A stretch of DNA of 64,000 bases from Flavobacteriales bacterium (GCA_013214205.1 JABSPQ010000224.1:53756-117755); one strand, 5' to 3'; shown: positions 1 to 10,721, counted from the stretch's first letter. Numbers and translations: made by a program. Notes: generated from the letters alone by a model not told the origin.

Positions 1-1115
1 TTTATTTCCCCCTGTATTCGGAATTAAAACATTAATTGTATCACCATTTATCGCTGTTACTATTCGGGCGCCATCGGTTAAATTGTAAACGTATGCAGTT
101 CCTGAACCGATAAAGTTTGAAGCCTTTAAATACGATTTACTTTGAGTGGAATTGTCGGGTACAATTAATTCGAACGTTGAACTACCATCTAAAATTGGTT
201 GCATTGGATAAATTATTTCAATGCTTTCAAGGCCATTCCAATCTCTAATTACACCAGTAGCACCAATGGTGGTTAGCGTAAACTCTGTTGTTGGTTCTGT
301 TAAGCCCGACGCAGAAAAAGTAAAGCTGGCATCTACAGACCTGAAACCTCTGTATGTATAACTAGAATCTACATCGGCAAATCGTACCCTTATGTGATGA
401 TCATCAATAGAATCGCCAAATGGATAATAAGTTGAGTTACCCACAAAGGTTATGTTAACCATAGCATTCCCGGCCGTAGTATCCAAATTGCTAATATTAA
501 CAGTCCTTTTCCAGTCGGTTCCAATTCCATAAAACTGATCGAACCAGCCTTCGGCACCATCATAATTGGCGTCGGTTGATTCATAATCCGACCGTTCTCC
601 TTCGTAATACATTCCGTTGTAATTAACTTTATCGCTTCTAAAAACACTGTCGATTGGGGTATAAGAAGCAAAGTCGAGATCGGTTTCCGACGACAATCTT
701 AAATTGTTTGTTGATGTGTTTTGCGTAAGAAAGTAAACCGCTGTATCGTTATATAAACTAAAGTCTTGATCTGCTTGTTGACCAACCTCTTGGTACAAAC
801 AAGTATCTAACCAAGCATCGTTTTTTACACCGTAAAATTCTATGTAATCGTTTACACCAAAAGTGCCATCATTTTCACCTTCAACATGAATTTTAATCTC
901 TTTTCCTTTATTAAAAACCTGAAAATTACGGGGGTCGGTAATTATTAAATTGAATCCTGCATTAAGTAATGTAGTGTAATATATTCGGTATATGCCGTTT
1001 GTAGGAACCTTTACTTTATGATACGTTGAGGCGTAATCTATCCATTCGTTCCCAAAGTTTTGCGCAACAACTTGAACCGATAAAAATGCGAAAATACAAG
1101 TAAGTTTAATCCATT
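1..1115 (-). CDS. N-terminal fragment of a large secreted beta-rich protein; the rest lies beyond the window start. Possibly T9SS-associated (PorU-like peptidase or cargo).
   Basis: Minus-strand frame open to the window edge; ATG at 1115 sits 3 nt after the stop of the upstream FadL/PorV-like gene; signal peptide MKWIKLTCIFAFLSVQVVA|QNFGNEW with Gln at +1, typical of Bacteroidota. Confidence 0.45.
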
Positions 1116-1118
1116 TCA

Positions 1119-2210
1119 CTAAGAGCGCTTATTGATATCGAGTTTTAACGAAAACAAATTAGAATAAGGCGCTACAGAAACACCACCTACATTGGTAAGC
1201 GCGTAATCGATGGTAAGGTTTTTAATTTTTATCCCTACGCCTATGTTTGGTTGCACCTTAGTTTTTACAGCATCTAGTTCTGTGTATTGTTGAATGTGCC
1301 CTACTCCACCTCTTAAAAAGACTAGATTGTGGTAGCCAAATTCTATGCCCATATGTGGCGCCATACTCACTACATTCGATTTAAGTACAGCGTTTCTCAT
1401 TCCATCGAATGTGAAATCCATATCTATTTCTGTAATGATTGTAAAATGTTCTTTGATCTGAAGTTTACGCGAAACGCCCAAAATCATTTTAGGAAGTGTT
1501 ATCTCTAATGAGTTTTCTGGAACTTCGTTGTTTTCTGATACCAAAACTGCTTGCTCTGCATCGGTAAAAGAAAAACTCCACGCATTAAAAGTAGAAGTTA
1601 CATCGCGTGCCATAACAGCAAAATCCCATTTCTTTAATCTGTATTGCGCTCCTGCATCAAGGCCAAAACCCCATGCATTGGCAAAGCTGCCAACTTTACG
1701 GTAAATAACTTTTACGTTGGCACCGTATCGCAATCCTTTGATTTTCGATTTTCTTGCGTAACTAAAAAGAAATGCATTATCCACAGCCGAAAACTCTTTA
1801 ATGTTGTCGTAATTAATATTTCCATCGGCGTCCATTAATTCGAGGGTATTCATAATTCCATCAACGCCTGCCCTTATATACGAGAACCCTATCGCACTGT
1901 TACTATCTAACTTAGAAGCAATACCAGCATAGTCGTATTTAACCATTCCTTGAAAATATTCTGAATGCATTGCTGCTATTTGCACATTGGATTGTACACC
2001 TAGTAAGCCTGCAGGATTCCAATATCCAGCGGTTACATCGTTTACTCTAGCTACATAAGAATTAGACATTCCTAAACTTGAAGCCCCTACTCCTATAGAT
2101 AGGAATTCGTTGCTCATCGTTCTTACCTGTGCAGAACTAGTTGCCGAAGCAGCAAAAATAATAGCTGCTATTAACAGCGTATTTTTAATTTTTAATTTAA
2201 TGTCAGTCAC
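1119..2210 (-). CDS. FadL/PorV-family outer membrane beta-barrel channel
   Basis: Signal peptide with Q at +1; N-terminal hatch-like motif SLGMSNSYVARVNDVTAGYWNPAGL resembles the FadL/PorV NPA motif; alternating beta-strand pattern; C-terminus ends in an aromatic-rich barrel strand. Confidence 0.55.
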   Translation of the reverse strand: MTDIKLKIKNTLLIAAIIFAASATSSAQVRTMSNEFLSIGVGASSLGMSNSYVARVNDVTAGYWNPAGLLGVQSNVQIAAMHSEYFQGMVKYDYAGIASKLDSNSAIGFSYIRAGVDGIMNTLELMDADGNINYDNIKEFSAVDNAFLFSYARKSKIKGLRYGANVKVIYRKVGSFANAWGFGLDAGAQYRLKKWDFAVMARDVTSTFNAWSFSFTDAEQAVLVSENNEVPENSLEITLPKMILGVSRKLQIKEHFTIITEIDMDFTFDGMRNAVLKSNVVSMAPHMGIEFGYHNLVFLRGGVGHIQQYTELDAVKTKVQPNIGVGIKIKNLTIDYALTNVGGVSVAPYSNLFSLKLDINKRS

Positions 2211-3159
2211 CTGATAACCTTGTTTTTAAATCGGATTTAAAGTCGTTCGAAAATTGAATGCTAAACGCTCTACTGCCAATATAGTTTAAATGATTTGCAT
2301 CACAAAAAAACTTCTCGTTATAACACACGTCGTCATCTAAATACGACCTAAAGGTATAACCATTTTTCTTTGCCATTGCATTAATTTTGTCAAAGTGTAT
2401 TCTACGATCCAGAACACTATTCGTTTTCTTAAAATATGTGGGTGAAACGACAAATGTTGCTATAATATTATACTGTTTACAGATTTCTATAATTCCTGCA
2501 AATTGATTGTAAACGTTATCGTTGGGCGCAGTTTTGTAATCTTCATAAATTCTGTCCTTAACTTTTTCTCCTTTTGTAAGCGGAAGTGGTGTAAAACCCC
2601 TAACAAACGACTCATCAAAAGCGGTTACAAAGCCCGTGTAGCCCCGATATGCAGCATACAGATAATTGTCGTTGGTGTGTGCCATACCATAAATGGGATT
2701 GTAGCGATACCAAAAAAATTGAGAATCGAGATCAACAAGTGTGTTGTAAAAAGCTTTGTTTCCTTCTAAATAAGGAAAGTATCGAGGGTATCTGATAATG
2801 GTATCGTTGCGAAAATTATGAAAATCGATATTGATAACCACGTATTTGGGTGCTTCACTGTGCTCCAAGTACGCCAATAATTCGCCTTTAATCATTCTGC
2901 TCGAAGCAGCTTCTAAGCCAATGTTATATGAGCTTAACCCAGTAATTGAATCGAAGATGCCGGGATTGTAATGAGATTCCGTTCGGGAAGAACCGATGAA
3001 CAATAAATCGAAATTATTTTCCTTTAGGAAGATGGTGTTGAGCTTGTCGTATTCGCCAATTTTATTATTCCGTATTCCGATATAAACTACCTCGCGCGCC
3101 AAAACAACCAGCAGAATAGCTACAATAACTTGAATTAGATATGTAATCGGTTTTTTCAA
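2203..3159 (-). CDS. SGNH/DltD/AlgJ-like periplasmic acyl-transfer protein with an N-terminal membrane anchor
   Basis: Single N-terminal TM helix; GSSRT near the N-terminus and DANHL near the C-terminus match the Ser / Asp-x-x-His arrangement of SGNH folds; lies directly downstream of an MBOAT gene, the typical AlgI/AlgJ or DltB/DltD pairing; overlaps the next gene by 8 nt. Confidence 0.5.
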   Translation of the reverse strand: MKKPITYLIQVIVAILLVVLAREVVYIGIRNNKIGEYDKLNTIFLKENNFDLLFIGSSRTESHYNPGIFDSITGLSSYNIGLEAASSRMIKGELLAYLEHSEAPKYVVINIDFHNFRNDTIIRYPRYFPYLEGNKAFYNTLVDLDSQFFWYRYNPIYGMAHTNDNYLYAAYRGYTGFVTAFDESFVRGFTPLPLTKGEKVKDRIYEDYKTAPNDNVYNQFAGIIEICKQYNIIATFVVSPTYFKKTNSVLDRRIHFDKINAMAKKNGYTFRSYLDDDVCYNEKFFCDANHLNYIGSRAFSIQFSNDFKSDLKTRLSGD

Positions 3160-3172
3160 TTTAGTTCATTAA

Positions 3173-4585
3173 TTAAAATTGGAAATAGAAGAATTCGTTT
3201 TCACTAAACTCACCAAAAACAAAAATGCCGACAAATAATGCGATGTATAAAGTAGGACGATAAACAGATGATGTTTTCACATTTAATGAACCAATACCAT
3301 GCTCCTCAATTAATTCTTTCGTAAACAGAAATGCAATCAACAACACATTTACTAGCAACACCAATCCAAACGAATTAATGGTTAATAAATCTGTTTTAAA
3401 CTGAGCTATGTCAATATTAAAAGAGCATATAGATTCATACATCAGCATTAAATCCGACACACTATTTGCTCGAAACGCCATGAGCGAGATGGTATGAAAT
3501 CCGAATAAATAAAACCAACCTAGCCATGGAATCTTAACGTTTTTAAACAAGGTGATCTCCATTATATAAACAACCCCATGCATCAATCCCCAAACCATAA
3601 ATGTCCAGTTGCTACCGTGCCAAACCGAACTAATAATAAATACCAAAAAGATATTGAGGAGCCACCTATTTTTAGAACATCTACTTCCGCCAAGCGAGAT
3701 GTATAAGTATTCTCTAAACCACGTTGTAAGCGATATATGATTGCGTTGCCAAAACTCTACCAGCGATTTAGAAAGTAAGGGCCTACGCCAATTCAACATT
3801 AAATCGAAGCCGAAAAGCTTAGCGGTTCCAATAGCTATATCCGAATATCCAGAGAAATCGCAATAAACCTGAACAACGAAAAACACACCTGCTAAGGCAT
3901 GAGAAATTGCGCCAAACTCTGAAACATCAGCAAAAATAGGATCGACAAATAAAGCCAACCGATCGGCAATTACTACCTTCTTAAAAAAGCCCCATAGTAT
4001 TAATCGGAATGCCGGAATCCATGTTTCTATGTCAATCGATTTGTCGCGGTGAATTTGAGGCATTAAGTTTTTAAACCTTTCTACCGGCCCCGCAACCAAT
4101 TGCGGAAAGAAGGAAACAAACAAGGCAAATTTACCCAGATGACGTTCCATTTCTACTTCTTTCCGATATACATCTATCGTATAACTCATTGATTGAAAAG
4201 TATAGAAAGAGATGCCTATCGGAAGGATCATTGCTTCTATTATATCAAATTGTTGATCGGAAACAGCACTTACTGCATCTAATGCCGCATTGCCGAAAAA
4301 AGCCAAATATTTATATGTAAAAAACACTCCAAGATTGGTGATGCTGCTTAACGTTACCCACCTTTTCCGAATGTTATCTTTTTTAGAACTGGCCAATTGT
4401 AAGCCACACCAATAATCTACCAAGGTAGAACCCATCAGCAACAAACCATAAATTGGTTCCCAGCTCATGTAGAAATAGTAGCTGGCTGCCAAGAGCAAAA
4501 TCCATCTCAACTGATCTTTAAGCAACCAATAGGCCAGCAGCACAATCGGAAGAAAATAGAGGAAATGAATTGAGTTAAAAAGCAT
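3173..4585 (-). CDS. MBOAT family membrane-bound O-acyltransferase (AlgI/DltB-like)
   Basis: Polytopic membrane protein of 470 aa with the conserved MBOAT histidine motif (SSVWHGSNW...GLMHG). Confidence 0.85.
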   Translation of the reverse strand: MLFNSIHFLYFLPIVLLAYWLLKDQLRWILLLAASYYFYMSWEPIYGLLLMGSTLVDYWCGLQLASSKKDNIRKRWVTLSSITNLGVFFTYKYLAFFGNAALDAVSAVSDQQFDIIEAMILPIGISFYTFQSMSYTIDVYRKEVEMERHLGKFALFVSFFPQLVAGPVERFKNLMPQIHRDKSIDIETWIPAFRLILWGFFKKVVIADRLALFVDPIFADVSEFGAISHALAGVFFVVQVYCDFSGYSDIAIGTAKLFGFDLMLNWRRPLLSKSLVEFWQRNHISLTTWFREYLYISLGGSRCSKNRWLLNIFLVFIISSVWHGSNWTFMVWGLMHGVVYIMEITLFKNVKIPWLGWFYLFGFHTISLMAFRANSVSDLMLMYESICSFNIDIAQFKTDLLTINSFGLVLLVNVLLIAFLFTKELIEEHGIGSLNVKTSSVYRPTLYIALFVGIFVFGEFSENEFFYFQF

Positions 4586-4656
4586 AGATCCTATTTGGCA
4601 AAGCTTGAATGATAAAAAGTGTTCTTTGGTATCGCATGAACAAAACTAAAATTACT

Positions 4657-4664
4657 TAAGTTTG
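4657..4664 (+). promoter_or_regulatory. Bacteroidota-type -7 promoter box TAAGTTTG upstream of pssA
   Basis: Perfect match to TAnnTTTG about 23 nt upstream of the start codon. Confidence 0.4.
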
Positions 4665-4686
4665 TTAAGGGAACAACATCGACGAA

Positions 4687-5409
4687 TTGAAAAATCAAAT
4701 ACCAAATCTTATAACACTCGGCAACCTCTTCTGTGGCTGCATCGGAATTGTTTTTGCATTCCAAAGTCATTTAGAATATTGCGCTGCTATGATTGGCTTG
4801 GCAGCTGTTTTCGACTTTTTTGATGGAGCTTCGGCCAGGTTATTAAAGGTGAGTTCGGAAATGGGCAAGGAGTTGGATTCTCTTTCCGACGTGGTAAGTT
4901 TTGGCGTGTTACCTGCAATGATTTTGTACAAAATGTTTCAACTAGCCATTGCCGAACAGGATTTATTCCCTCAAGAAACTGCTTATTTCGTATTTATTAT
5001 TGCGTGCGCATCGTCTTACCGATTAGCAAAATTCAACTTGGATGATCGGCAAACTACTTCGTTTATAGGACTTCCCACGCCAGCCAATGCTATTTTGATT
5101 GGTTCGTTCCCATTAATTTTAAACGCCGATATTGGAAATATTAACCAAATACTATTAAGTCCATATTTCTTGATATCTATCACGATAATGTTGTCTTTTT
5201 TATTAATATGCGAGTTACCTTTGTTTTCTTTAAAGTTCAACAACTTTAAATGGAACGATAATAAAGTTAGGTACTTGTTTGTGCTTATATCGGTAGGAAT
5301 GTTTGGTGGGTTAAAATATGTTGCCGATCAATATTTAGCAGTTCCATTAATTATACTGTTGTACGTTTTAATGTCATTAATAAATAATTTTACGAAGAAT
5401 GAAGTTTAG
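4687..5409 (+). CDS. pssA: CDP-diacylglycerol--serine O-phosphatidyltransferase (CDP-alcohol phosphatidyltransferase family)
   Basis: Motif DFFDGASARL...GKELDSLSDVVSFGVLPA matches D-G-x2-A-R...G-x3-D-x3-D; apparent TTG start (no in-frame ATG upstream). Confidence 0.8.
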   Translation: MKNQIPNLITLGNLFCGCIGIVFAFQSHLEYCAAMIGLAAVFDFFDGASARLLKVSSEMGKELDSLSDVVSFGVLPAMILYKMFQLAIAEQDLFPQETAYFVFIIACASSYRLAKFNLDDRQTTSFIGLPTPANAILIGSFPLILNADIGNINQILLSPYFLISITIMLSFLLICELPLFSLKFNNFKWNDNKVRYLFVLISVGMFGGLKYVADQYLAVPLIILLYVLMSLINNFTKNEV

Positions 5410-5650
5410 TGCAGATATAGATATAATGCCATTAAAGGCATTGCTTGATCCACAGGGAAAAGCAGTTGAGTCGTCTTTAAAAAATATCGATTTAGCCAAT
5501 ATTAGCGAAGTAAGAATCGGCAAACACATTACTACAGAAGTGGAAGCAGAGTCGGAAGCTGCTGCGAAAGAATTAGTTGAATTGGCTTGTAAGAAATTAT
5601 TGGCGAATGAAATTATGGAAAGTTTTACTATCCAATTAACTGCTATATAG
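5399..5650 (+). CDS. purS: Phosphoribosylformylglycinamidine synthase subunit PurS
   Basis: 83 aa; LDPQGKAVE...SEVRIGKHI...ACKKLLANEIME matches the PurS family. Confidence 0.85.
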   Translation: MKFSADIDIMPLKALLDPQGKAVESSLKNIDLANISEVRIGKHITTEVEAESEAAAKELVELACKKLLANEIMESFTIQLTAI

Positions 5651-5651
5651 G

Positions 5652-6377
5652 CTAGTCTCTCAATTTAAAGTTCTCGCCCAAGTACACTTTACGTACTTGT
5701 TCGTCTTCCGATAATTCCTTTGCAGTTCCTGCTTTCAGGATTTTACCTTCAAACAACAAATAGGCACGATCAGTGATCTCTAATGTTTCGTGAACATTGT
5801 GATCGGTGATTAAAACGCCGATGTTGTTATTTTTTAGCCTGCTTACTATAGCTTGAATGTCTTCTATGGCAATTGGATCAACTCCTGCAAACGGTTCATC
5901 TAACAAAATAAACTTAGGATCGTTGGCCAAAGCTCTGGCAATTTCGCATCGTCTTCTTTCTCCACCAGAAAGCAAGTCTCCTCTGCTGGTTCTTACATGT
6001 TGAAGTCCGAATTCATCAATTAACTTTTCTAATCTTATTGCTTGCTCTTTCTTAGAAAGCTTAGTCATTTCCAGAATAATCTTGATGTTATCTTCAATGC
6101 TTAATTTCCTAAAAATCGACGGTTCTTGTGCCAAATAGCCAATTCCTCTTTGAGACCTTTGGTACATTGCTCTAGACGTAATGTCTTCGTTATCCAAGAA
6201 AATACCTCCCTTTTCGGGCTTTATTAAACCAACCATCATATAGAATGTGGTGGTTTTTCCAGCACCGTTTGGCCCAAGTAACCCAACGATTTCACCTTGA
6301 TTAACTTCTATGGAAACTTCATTAACCACAGCACGACCTTTGTATGATTTAACTAAGTTTCTTGTATATAATTTCAT
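5652..6377 (-). CDS. lptB: LPS export ABC transporter ATP-binding protein LptB
   Basis: Walker [12 protein letters not shown], signature LSGGERRR, 241 aa, and LptB-type C-terminal extension. Confidence 0.9.
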   Translation of the reverse strand: MKLYTRNLVKSYKGRAVVNEVSIEVNQGEIVGLLGPNGAGKTTTFYMMVGLIKPEKGGIFLDNEDITSRAMYQRSQRGIGYLAQEPSIFRKLSIEDNIKIILEMTKLSKKEQAIRLEKLIDEFGLQHVRTSRGDLLSGGERRRCEIARALANDPKFILLDEPFAGVDPIAIEDIQAIVSRLKNNNIGVLITDHNVHETLEITDRAYLLFEGKILKAGTAKELSEDEQVRKVYLGENFKLRD

Positions 6378-6385
6378 CGTTTATT

Positions 6386-8905
6386 CTAAAAATTGAATGC
6401 AAAGTTTCCACGGATGGCAAAGTTAGTAACTCCTACACCATCTTCAAATTCTAAATCACCAACATTGTGATCTCGGTAGGTTAATCGCCAAATTGCATCT
6501 ATTCTAATTATTTTAAATATGTTCTCGATGCCAACACCAGCTTCCATGTATGGCTTTTTAGCAAGATTTACGCCAGAATTTGGGAACAACAAAATATCCT
6601 GATGCTTGCTATCCAACTTGCCATAAACACCTTTTGCATTCACTACCGATCTCCATTTCAACTTTCTTAAAGCAGGAACTTTATTCAAAATAAACCCTTC
6701 GAAATGATGCGCCACTGCCAGTGAAACATACTCATCGCTGATAAACTCAAAATAATTCATCAAGTTATAAGACGATTTATCGTAAAAGTAGCTCTCGTTT
6801 CCAGGATGCATTTCCAAAAGCGGATAAGGAACTCTACCCAATACCTTTCCATATTCTGCATTGAATTTGGTATTACCCACTGCACCCAATCTTATTTTAT
6901 CGGAAACATTAAATCTGAATTTATGGTATTGATACTTGCTGTTCAACAAATCTTTTATACCCACCGTGTAATCAAATTGGATAATTGGCGATGTGGTCCC
7001 TAAACTGATCCGATTGAACTCGCCAGAAACAAACTTCTCTTTGTGGGCAAATCGAATGTACATAGACAATTCAGACGTCCTCAGCTCATCTACATCCGAA
7101 AGTATATCTTCGTCGTAGAAGTTATATACCAAATCCCCTAACGGATTAAAAATTCTTTGCGCCATCGTAAGCCGGGTAGAGAAACCTTCCAGCCATTCTA
7201 TTTCATAGGCAAACTTGTACTCCTCAATGTTTGTAAGCTTATAATTTCTTGAAGTTCTAAAAATAGAGGTGAACGCATTATCTGTTTGCATTCCGTTGTT
7301 GCTCATTCCTAGCTGTTCCACGTCATTTTTATAGTGGATATCAATGGAGTTTCGCGGTTTTTTAGAGAGAAAATAAAGCACCCCACCACCGTATTTAACC
7401 TTGGTATCCCTAAATCCATATGCGGTATATGCGTCTATCATTGTTCGAGTACTAAACTCATTACTTGTTCTTACGCCTATTTTAGTTCTAACTCCCTCCA
7501 CGTCATTATAACTCACCAAACTATGATATGGTCCTATTTCGAACTTACCAAACTCTTTATAGCCCGTCATTACAGTAAATATTAACCCCTCGTACACCTT
7601 AAATGCCTTTAATGTCTTAAGGGTATCAATCATGTCGTAAATTCCTTGTTGGCGTTCATTTAGCTCTTCATGACGAGCCTCATCCCAAAATTCATCACCT
7701 CGATCACTCGAACCTTCTTCGACAATAATTTCATCTCCAATTTTGTAGAATTCGTCGGATCTTTTTTTATTGACTTTGATATTCTCATACGTGGTTGTTT
7801 TCCTACCAATAAAGCCAGTAACCCTTTTGGCCTTTTTCGAGATGTTAAAATCCATCATTATGTTATCCCGGCCCAACATCCAACCTTGATTATCTACCAA
7901 TACATACTCCTGTTCTATCCTAACATCGTTTACAAAATTCACATTCGCATCTTCTGTAATTTGCAACGTTGCCTTCTTAATTGCCCACGACGAATCGGCG
8001 ATCCACATATCACCTTCAAAAGTTAATTCCTGCTTTCTTTTAGCAACAAAATGAATTTTATAACACCACAAGTCGCCCAAACTGGTACTGTCGGTTAGAT
8101 AATATTTGTAAAAAAGCTTTCCATTATCCGCCGCTGGACTTATAAAGTTTTTGCCAAAAAGTAAAATGTAATTCGAATAGATATTAAAATGTTGGTACAT
8201 ATCGCCCATAAACTGCGCAACACTTTCATTCTCTGTACCAGCAATTCGAGTTCCTTTAATTATTTCCCGCTTAAGTTCTGGATTTTTCTGATAATACATT
8301 TCCGAAAGAGATTCTATCAAAAAGAACGGCAGGTACGGTTTTCCATCGATTGTATCTAAGTTTTGAAGCATGAATTTAAAAGGCTTGAGCAACTTATTAT
8401 TCATCATTTTCTCGGGCAGGTTATACATATCGAACTCTACCTTGTTGTACACTTCGTACTCGTAATAGTCGAACTTGCTCTTATCGTTAGCCTCTTTATT
8501 CTCCACCATTCCCTCTATTATGGCTAACGCAGGGTTAACTCCTGCAATAATTTGAACAACATCTAACTTAATGCTAGATTCTTTAAGCGGTATATTAATA
8601 ACCTGAACAACATTAGATTTTACAGCAACACTTTTAGGCAAATAGCCGATATAGGAAATTCTTAAAGAATCTACAGACAAGGTTGATTTGAGACTATAGT
8701 ACCCGTTAATATCCGACATGGTACCAACGGTTGTACCCCTAAATTGAATATTGGCAAACGGAACTCCGTCTCCACTTATGGAATCTGTTATTTTTCCCGA
8801 TACTGCGGTTTCTTGCCCGAAAGCAAAAGAAGAAACCAATAGGAATACTATTAAGAGCAGTTTATTAAAAAAAATGGTTTTGGTTATATGATCGCTCAGC
8901 TGCAT
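6386..8905 (-). CDS. Outer membrane protein with N-terminal carboxypeptidase-regulatory-like domain and C-terminal beta-barrel (DUF5686-like)
   Basis: Signal peptide with Q at +1; CarboxypepD_reg-like N-terminus (VSGKITDSISGDGVPFANIQFRGTTVGTMSDINGYYSL); long beta-rich body ending ...GNFAFNF. Confidence 0.55.
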   Translation of the reverse strand: MQLSDHITKTIFFNKLLLIVFLLVSSFAFGQETAVSGKITDSISGDGVPFANIQFRGTTVGTMSDINGYYSLKSTLSVDSLRISYIGYLPKSVAVKSNVVQVINIPLKESSIKLDVVQIIAGVNPALAIIEGMVENKEANDKSKFDYYEYEVYNKVEFDMYNLPEKMMNNKLLKPFKFMLQNLDTIDGKPYLPFFLIESLSEMYYQKNPELKREIIKGTRIAGTENESVAQFMGDMYQHFNIYSNYILLFGKNFISPAADNGKLFYKYYLTDSTSLGDLWCYKIHFVAKRKQELTFEGDMWIADSSWAIKKATLQITEDANVNFVNDVRIEQEYVLVDNQGWMLGRDNIMMDFNISKKAKRVTGFIGRKTTTYENIKVNKKRSDEFYKIGDEIIVEEGSSDRGDEFWDEARHEELNERQQGIYDMIDTLKTLKAFKVYEGLIFTVMTGYKEFGKFEIGPYHSLVSYNDVEGVRTKIGVRTSNEFSTRTMIDAYTAYGFRDTKVKYGGGVLYFLSKKPRNSIDIHYKNDVEQLGMSNNGMQTDNAFTSIFRTSRNYKLTNIEEYKFAYEIEWLEGFSTRLTMAQRIFNPLGDLVYNFYDEDILSDVDELRTSELSMYIRFAHKEKFVSGEFNRISLGTTSPIIQFDYTVGIKDLLNSKYQYHKFRFNVSDKIRLGAVGNTKFNAEYGKVLGRVPYPLLEMHPGNESYFYDKSSYNLMNYFEFISDEYVSLAVAHHFEGFILNKVPALRKLKWRSVVNAKGVYGKLDSKHQDILLFPNSGVNLAKKPYMEAGVGIENIFKIIRIDAIWRLTYRDHNVGDLEFEDGVGVTNFAIRGNFAFNF

Positions 8906-8913
8906 TATTCCTA

Positions 8914-9735
8914 TTATTCTTTTGCGTCTCTATTCTTTATTACAATTTTAGAAATGTAAATACTGATCTCGTACAGAACCACTAATGGGAGCGCCACTAA
9001 AATTTGACTTACAATGTCTGGCGGAGTAATGATTGCCGACAGTACTAAAGTGACTACGATGGAGTGCTTTCTGTACTTCCGCATTACTGTTGGCGTAACA
9101 ATACCCACTTTAGAAAGGAAGTAAACAATGATGGGCAATTCGAAAATTAAACCCGATGCCAACGGAATGGTGGTTACAATACTAATGTACGACCCTATAG
9201 TAAATGTATTTGCTATCTGATCACTTACTTGGTAGTTGCCCAAGAAGTTAACTGAAAGCGGCACTATAATGAAATAGCCGAACATTACTCCAGTAAAAAA
9301 CAACAAGGTGCCAATAATGATAAAGCCCGAACTGTATTTCTTTTCGCTGTTGTGCAATGCAGGTTTTACAAAACCCCAAATTTCGAATAGGATATATGGG
9401 AATGCTATTACCAAACCAGCTTTAAAAGACACCATCATGTGGGTAATAAACTGGCCCGTCATAGCCGTACTAATTATCTCGAAAGGCAACTCTGTAATGC
9501 ACAATGCCTCTGTTAAATCATATTTATGAACCAATGCACACAGTAAGCGATAGGTTAAAAAGTCGCCATTTTTAGGGCCAAACAATATTGTATCGAACAT
9601 AAAGCCCGAAAACGCAAAGGCTACCATGCCTACGCCAATTATTGCTATTACAGATCTTAGAATTACCCACCTTAATGTTTCTAAGTGGTCCATGAAAGAC
9701 ATTTCGTCTTCGCCAGATTCATCGTTTTCGCTCAT
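8914..9735 (-). CDS. tatC: Twin-arginine translocase subunit TatC
   Basis: MSFMDHLETLRWVILRS N-terminal motif and six predicted TM segments. Confidence 0.85.
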   Translation of the reverse strand: MSENDESGEDEMSFMDHLETLRWVILRSVIAIIGVGMVAFAFSGFMFDTILFGPKNGDFLTYRLLCALVHKYDLTEALCITELPFEIISTAMTGQFITHMMVSFKAGLVIAFPYILFEIWGFVKPALHNSEKKYSSGFIIIGTLLFFTGVMFGYFIIVPLSVNFLGNYQVSDQIANTFTIGSYISIVTTIPLASGLIFELPIIVYFLSKVGIVTPTVMRKYRKHSIVVTLVLSAIITPPDIVSQILVALPLVVLYEISIYISKIVIKNRDAKE

Positions 9736-9758
9736 ACTTTCTCTTTTCGATATCTGAC

Positions 9759-10721
9759 TTAAATTATATTCTGTTTGAGTAAATCATGTATATGTATGAT
9801 TCCCAAATACTTTTCACCTTCAACAACAACCAGTTGCGAAATATTATTCTCCTCCATCATTTTCAACCCTTCTGTTGCCAATCGTTCTGCTTCTATTTTT
9901 TTTGGTTGTGCATGCATAATGTCTTGCGCAACTAATTTTTCATCGTAACCCGAATTTTGCAACATTCTTCTTAAATCTCCATCAGTAATAATTCCCATCA
10001 ACTCATTATTCTCCACAACTGCAGTTGCTCCAAGCCTTTTGCTCGAAATTTCCATAATTACCGACTTTAAATCTGCCGTTGAGCCAACTACTGGCACTTC
10101 ATTTTCTTTACATACCTCTTTAATAGTAAGGAATAATTTCCGTCCTAATGTACCTCCTGGGTGAAACTTCGCAAAGTCCTCGCTCGAAAACCCTCGATAA
10201 TCTAATAAACATACAGCCAATGCATCCGATAAGGCCAATTGTGCCGAAGTACTTGTTGTTGGCGCCAAATTATTCGGACAAGCTTCTTTTTCAACAAATG
10301 TATTTAAAACAAAGTCTGAATTTTGACCTAAATACGAATCAGGATTACCAACAATTGCAATCATGATGTTTTTCATCGATTTAATGTAGGGTACTAACAC
10401 CCTAATTTCGTCTGTATTTCCACTTTTGGAGATACATATTACAATATCATCCTTTTGAATTATACCAAGATCACCATGAATTGCCTCTGCGGCATGCATA
10501 AATATGGCTGGTGAACCGGTAGAATTTAAAGTGGAAACAAATTTATTGGCAATATTCGCACTTTTCCCAATTCCAGTGACTACTACCCTACCCTTAGATT
10601 CATGGATAGCTTTTACGCTGGAAACGAAATTGTTATCTAAAAAAGATTTTAGATTTGAAATAGCTTTCGCCTCTAAATCCAATGTTGATTTAGCAAGTTC
10701 AATTATTTTATCTTCTGACAT
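9759..10721 (-). CDS. kdsD: Arabinose-5-phosphate isomerase (KpsF/GutQ family; SIS plus tandem CBS domains)
   Basis: SIS motif VVVTGIGKSANIANKF...ISKSGNT followed by CBS pairs; 320 aa. Confidence 0.85.
   Translation of the reverse strand: MSEDKIIELAKSTLDLEAKAISNLKSFLDNNFVSSVKAIHESKGRVVVTGIGKSANIANKFVSTLNSTGSPAIFMHAAEAIHGDLGIIQKDDIVICISKSGNTDEIRVLVPYIKSMKNIMIAIVGNPDSYLGQNSDFVLNTFVEKEACPNNLAPTTSTSAQLALSDALAVCLLDYRGFSSEDFAKFHPGGTLGRKLFLTIKEVCKENEVPVVGSTADLKSVIMEISSKRLGATAVVENNELMGIITDGDLRRMLQNSGYDEKLVAQDIMHAQPKKIEAERLATEGLKMMEENNISQLVVVEGEKYLGIIHIHDLLKQNII

Noticed and set aside
1644-1838. Short ORFs on the opposite strand inside larger genes (for example 1644..1838, 2503..2769, 6806..7003, 7334..8026, 11460..11657, 14894..15082, 19753..20167, 21055..21294, 22189..22918, 23479..23832, 30384..30731, 31067..31466, 37150..37372, 45399..45974, 58576..59547, 61347..62283)
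   Set aside because: Each is fully embedded antisense in a well-supported conserved CDS. They have low-complexity or stop-poor composition typical of AT-rich antisense frames and no independent signals.
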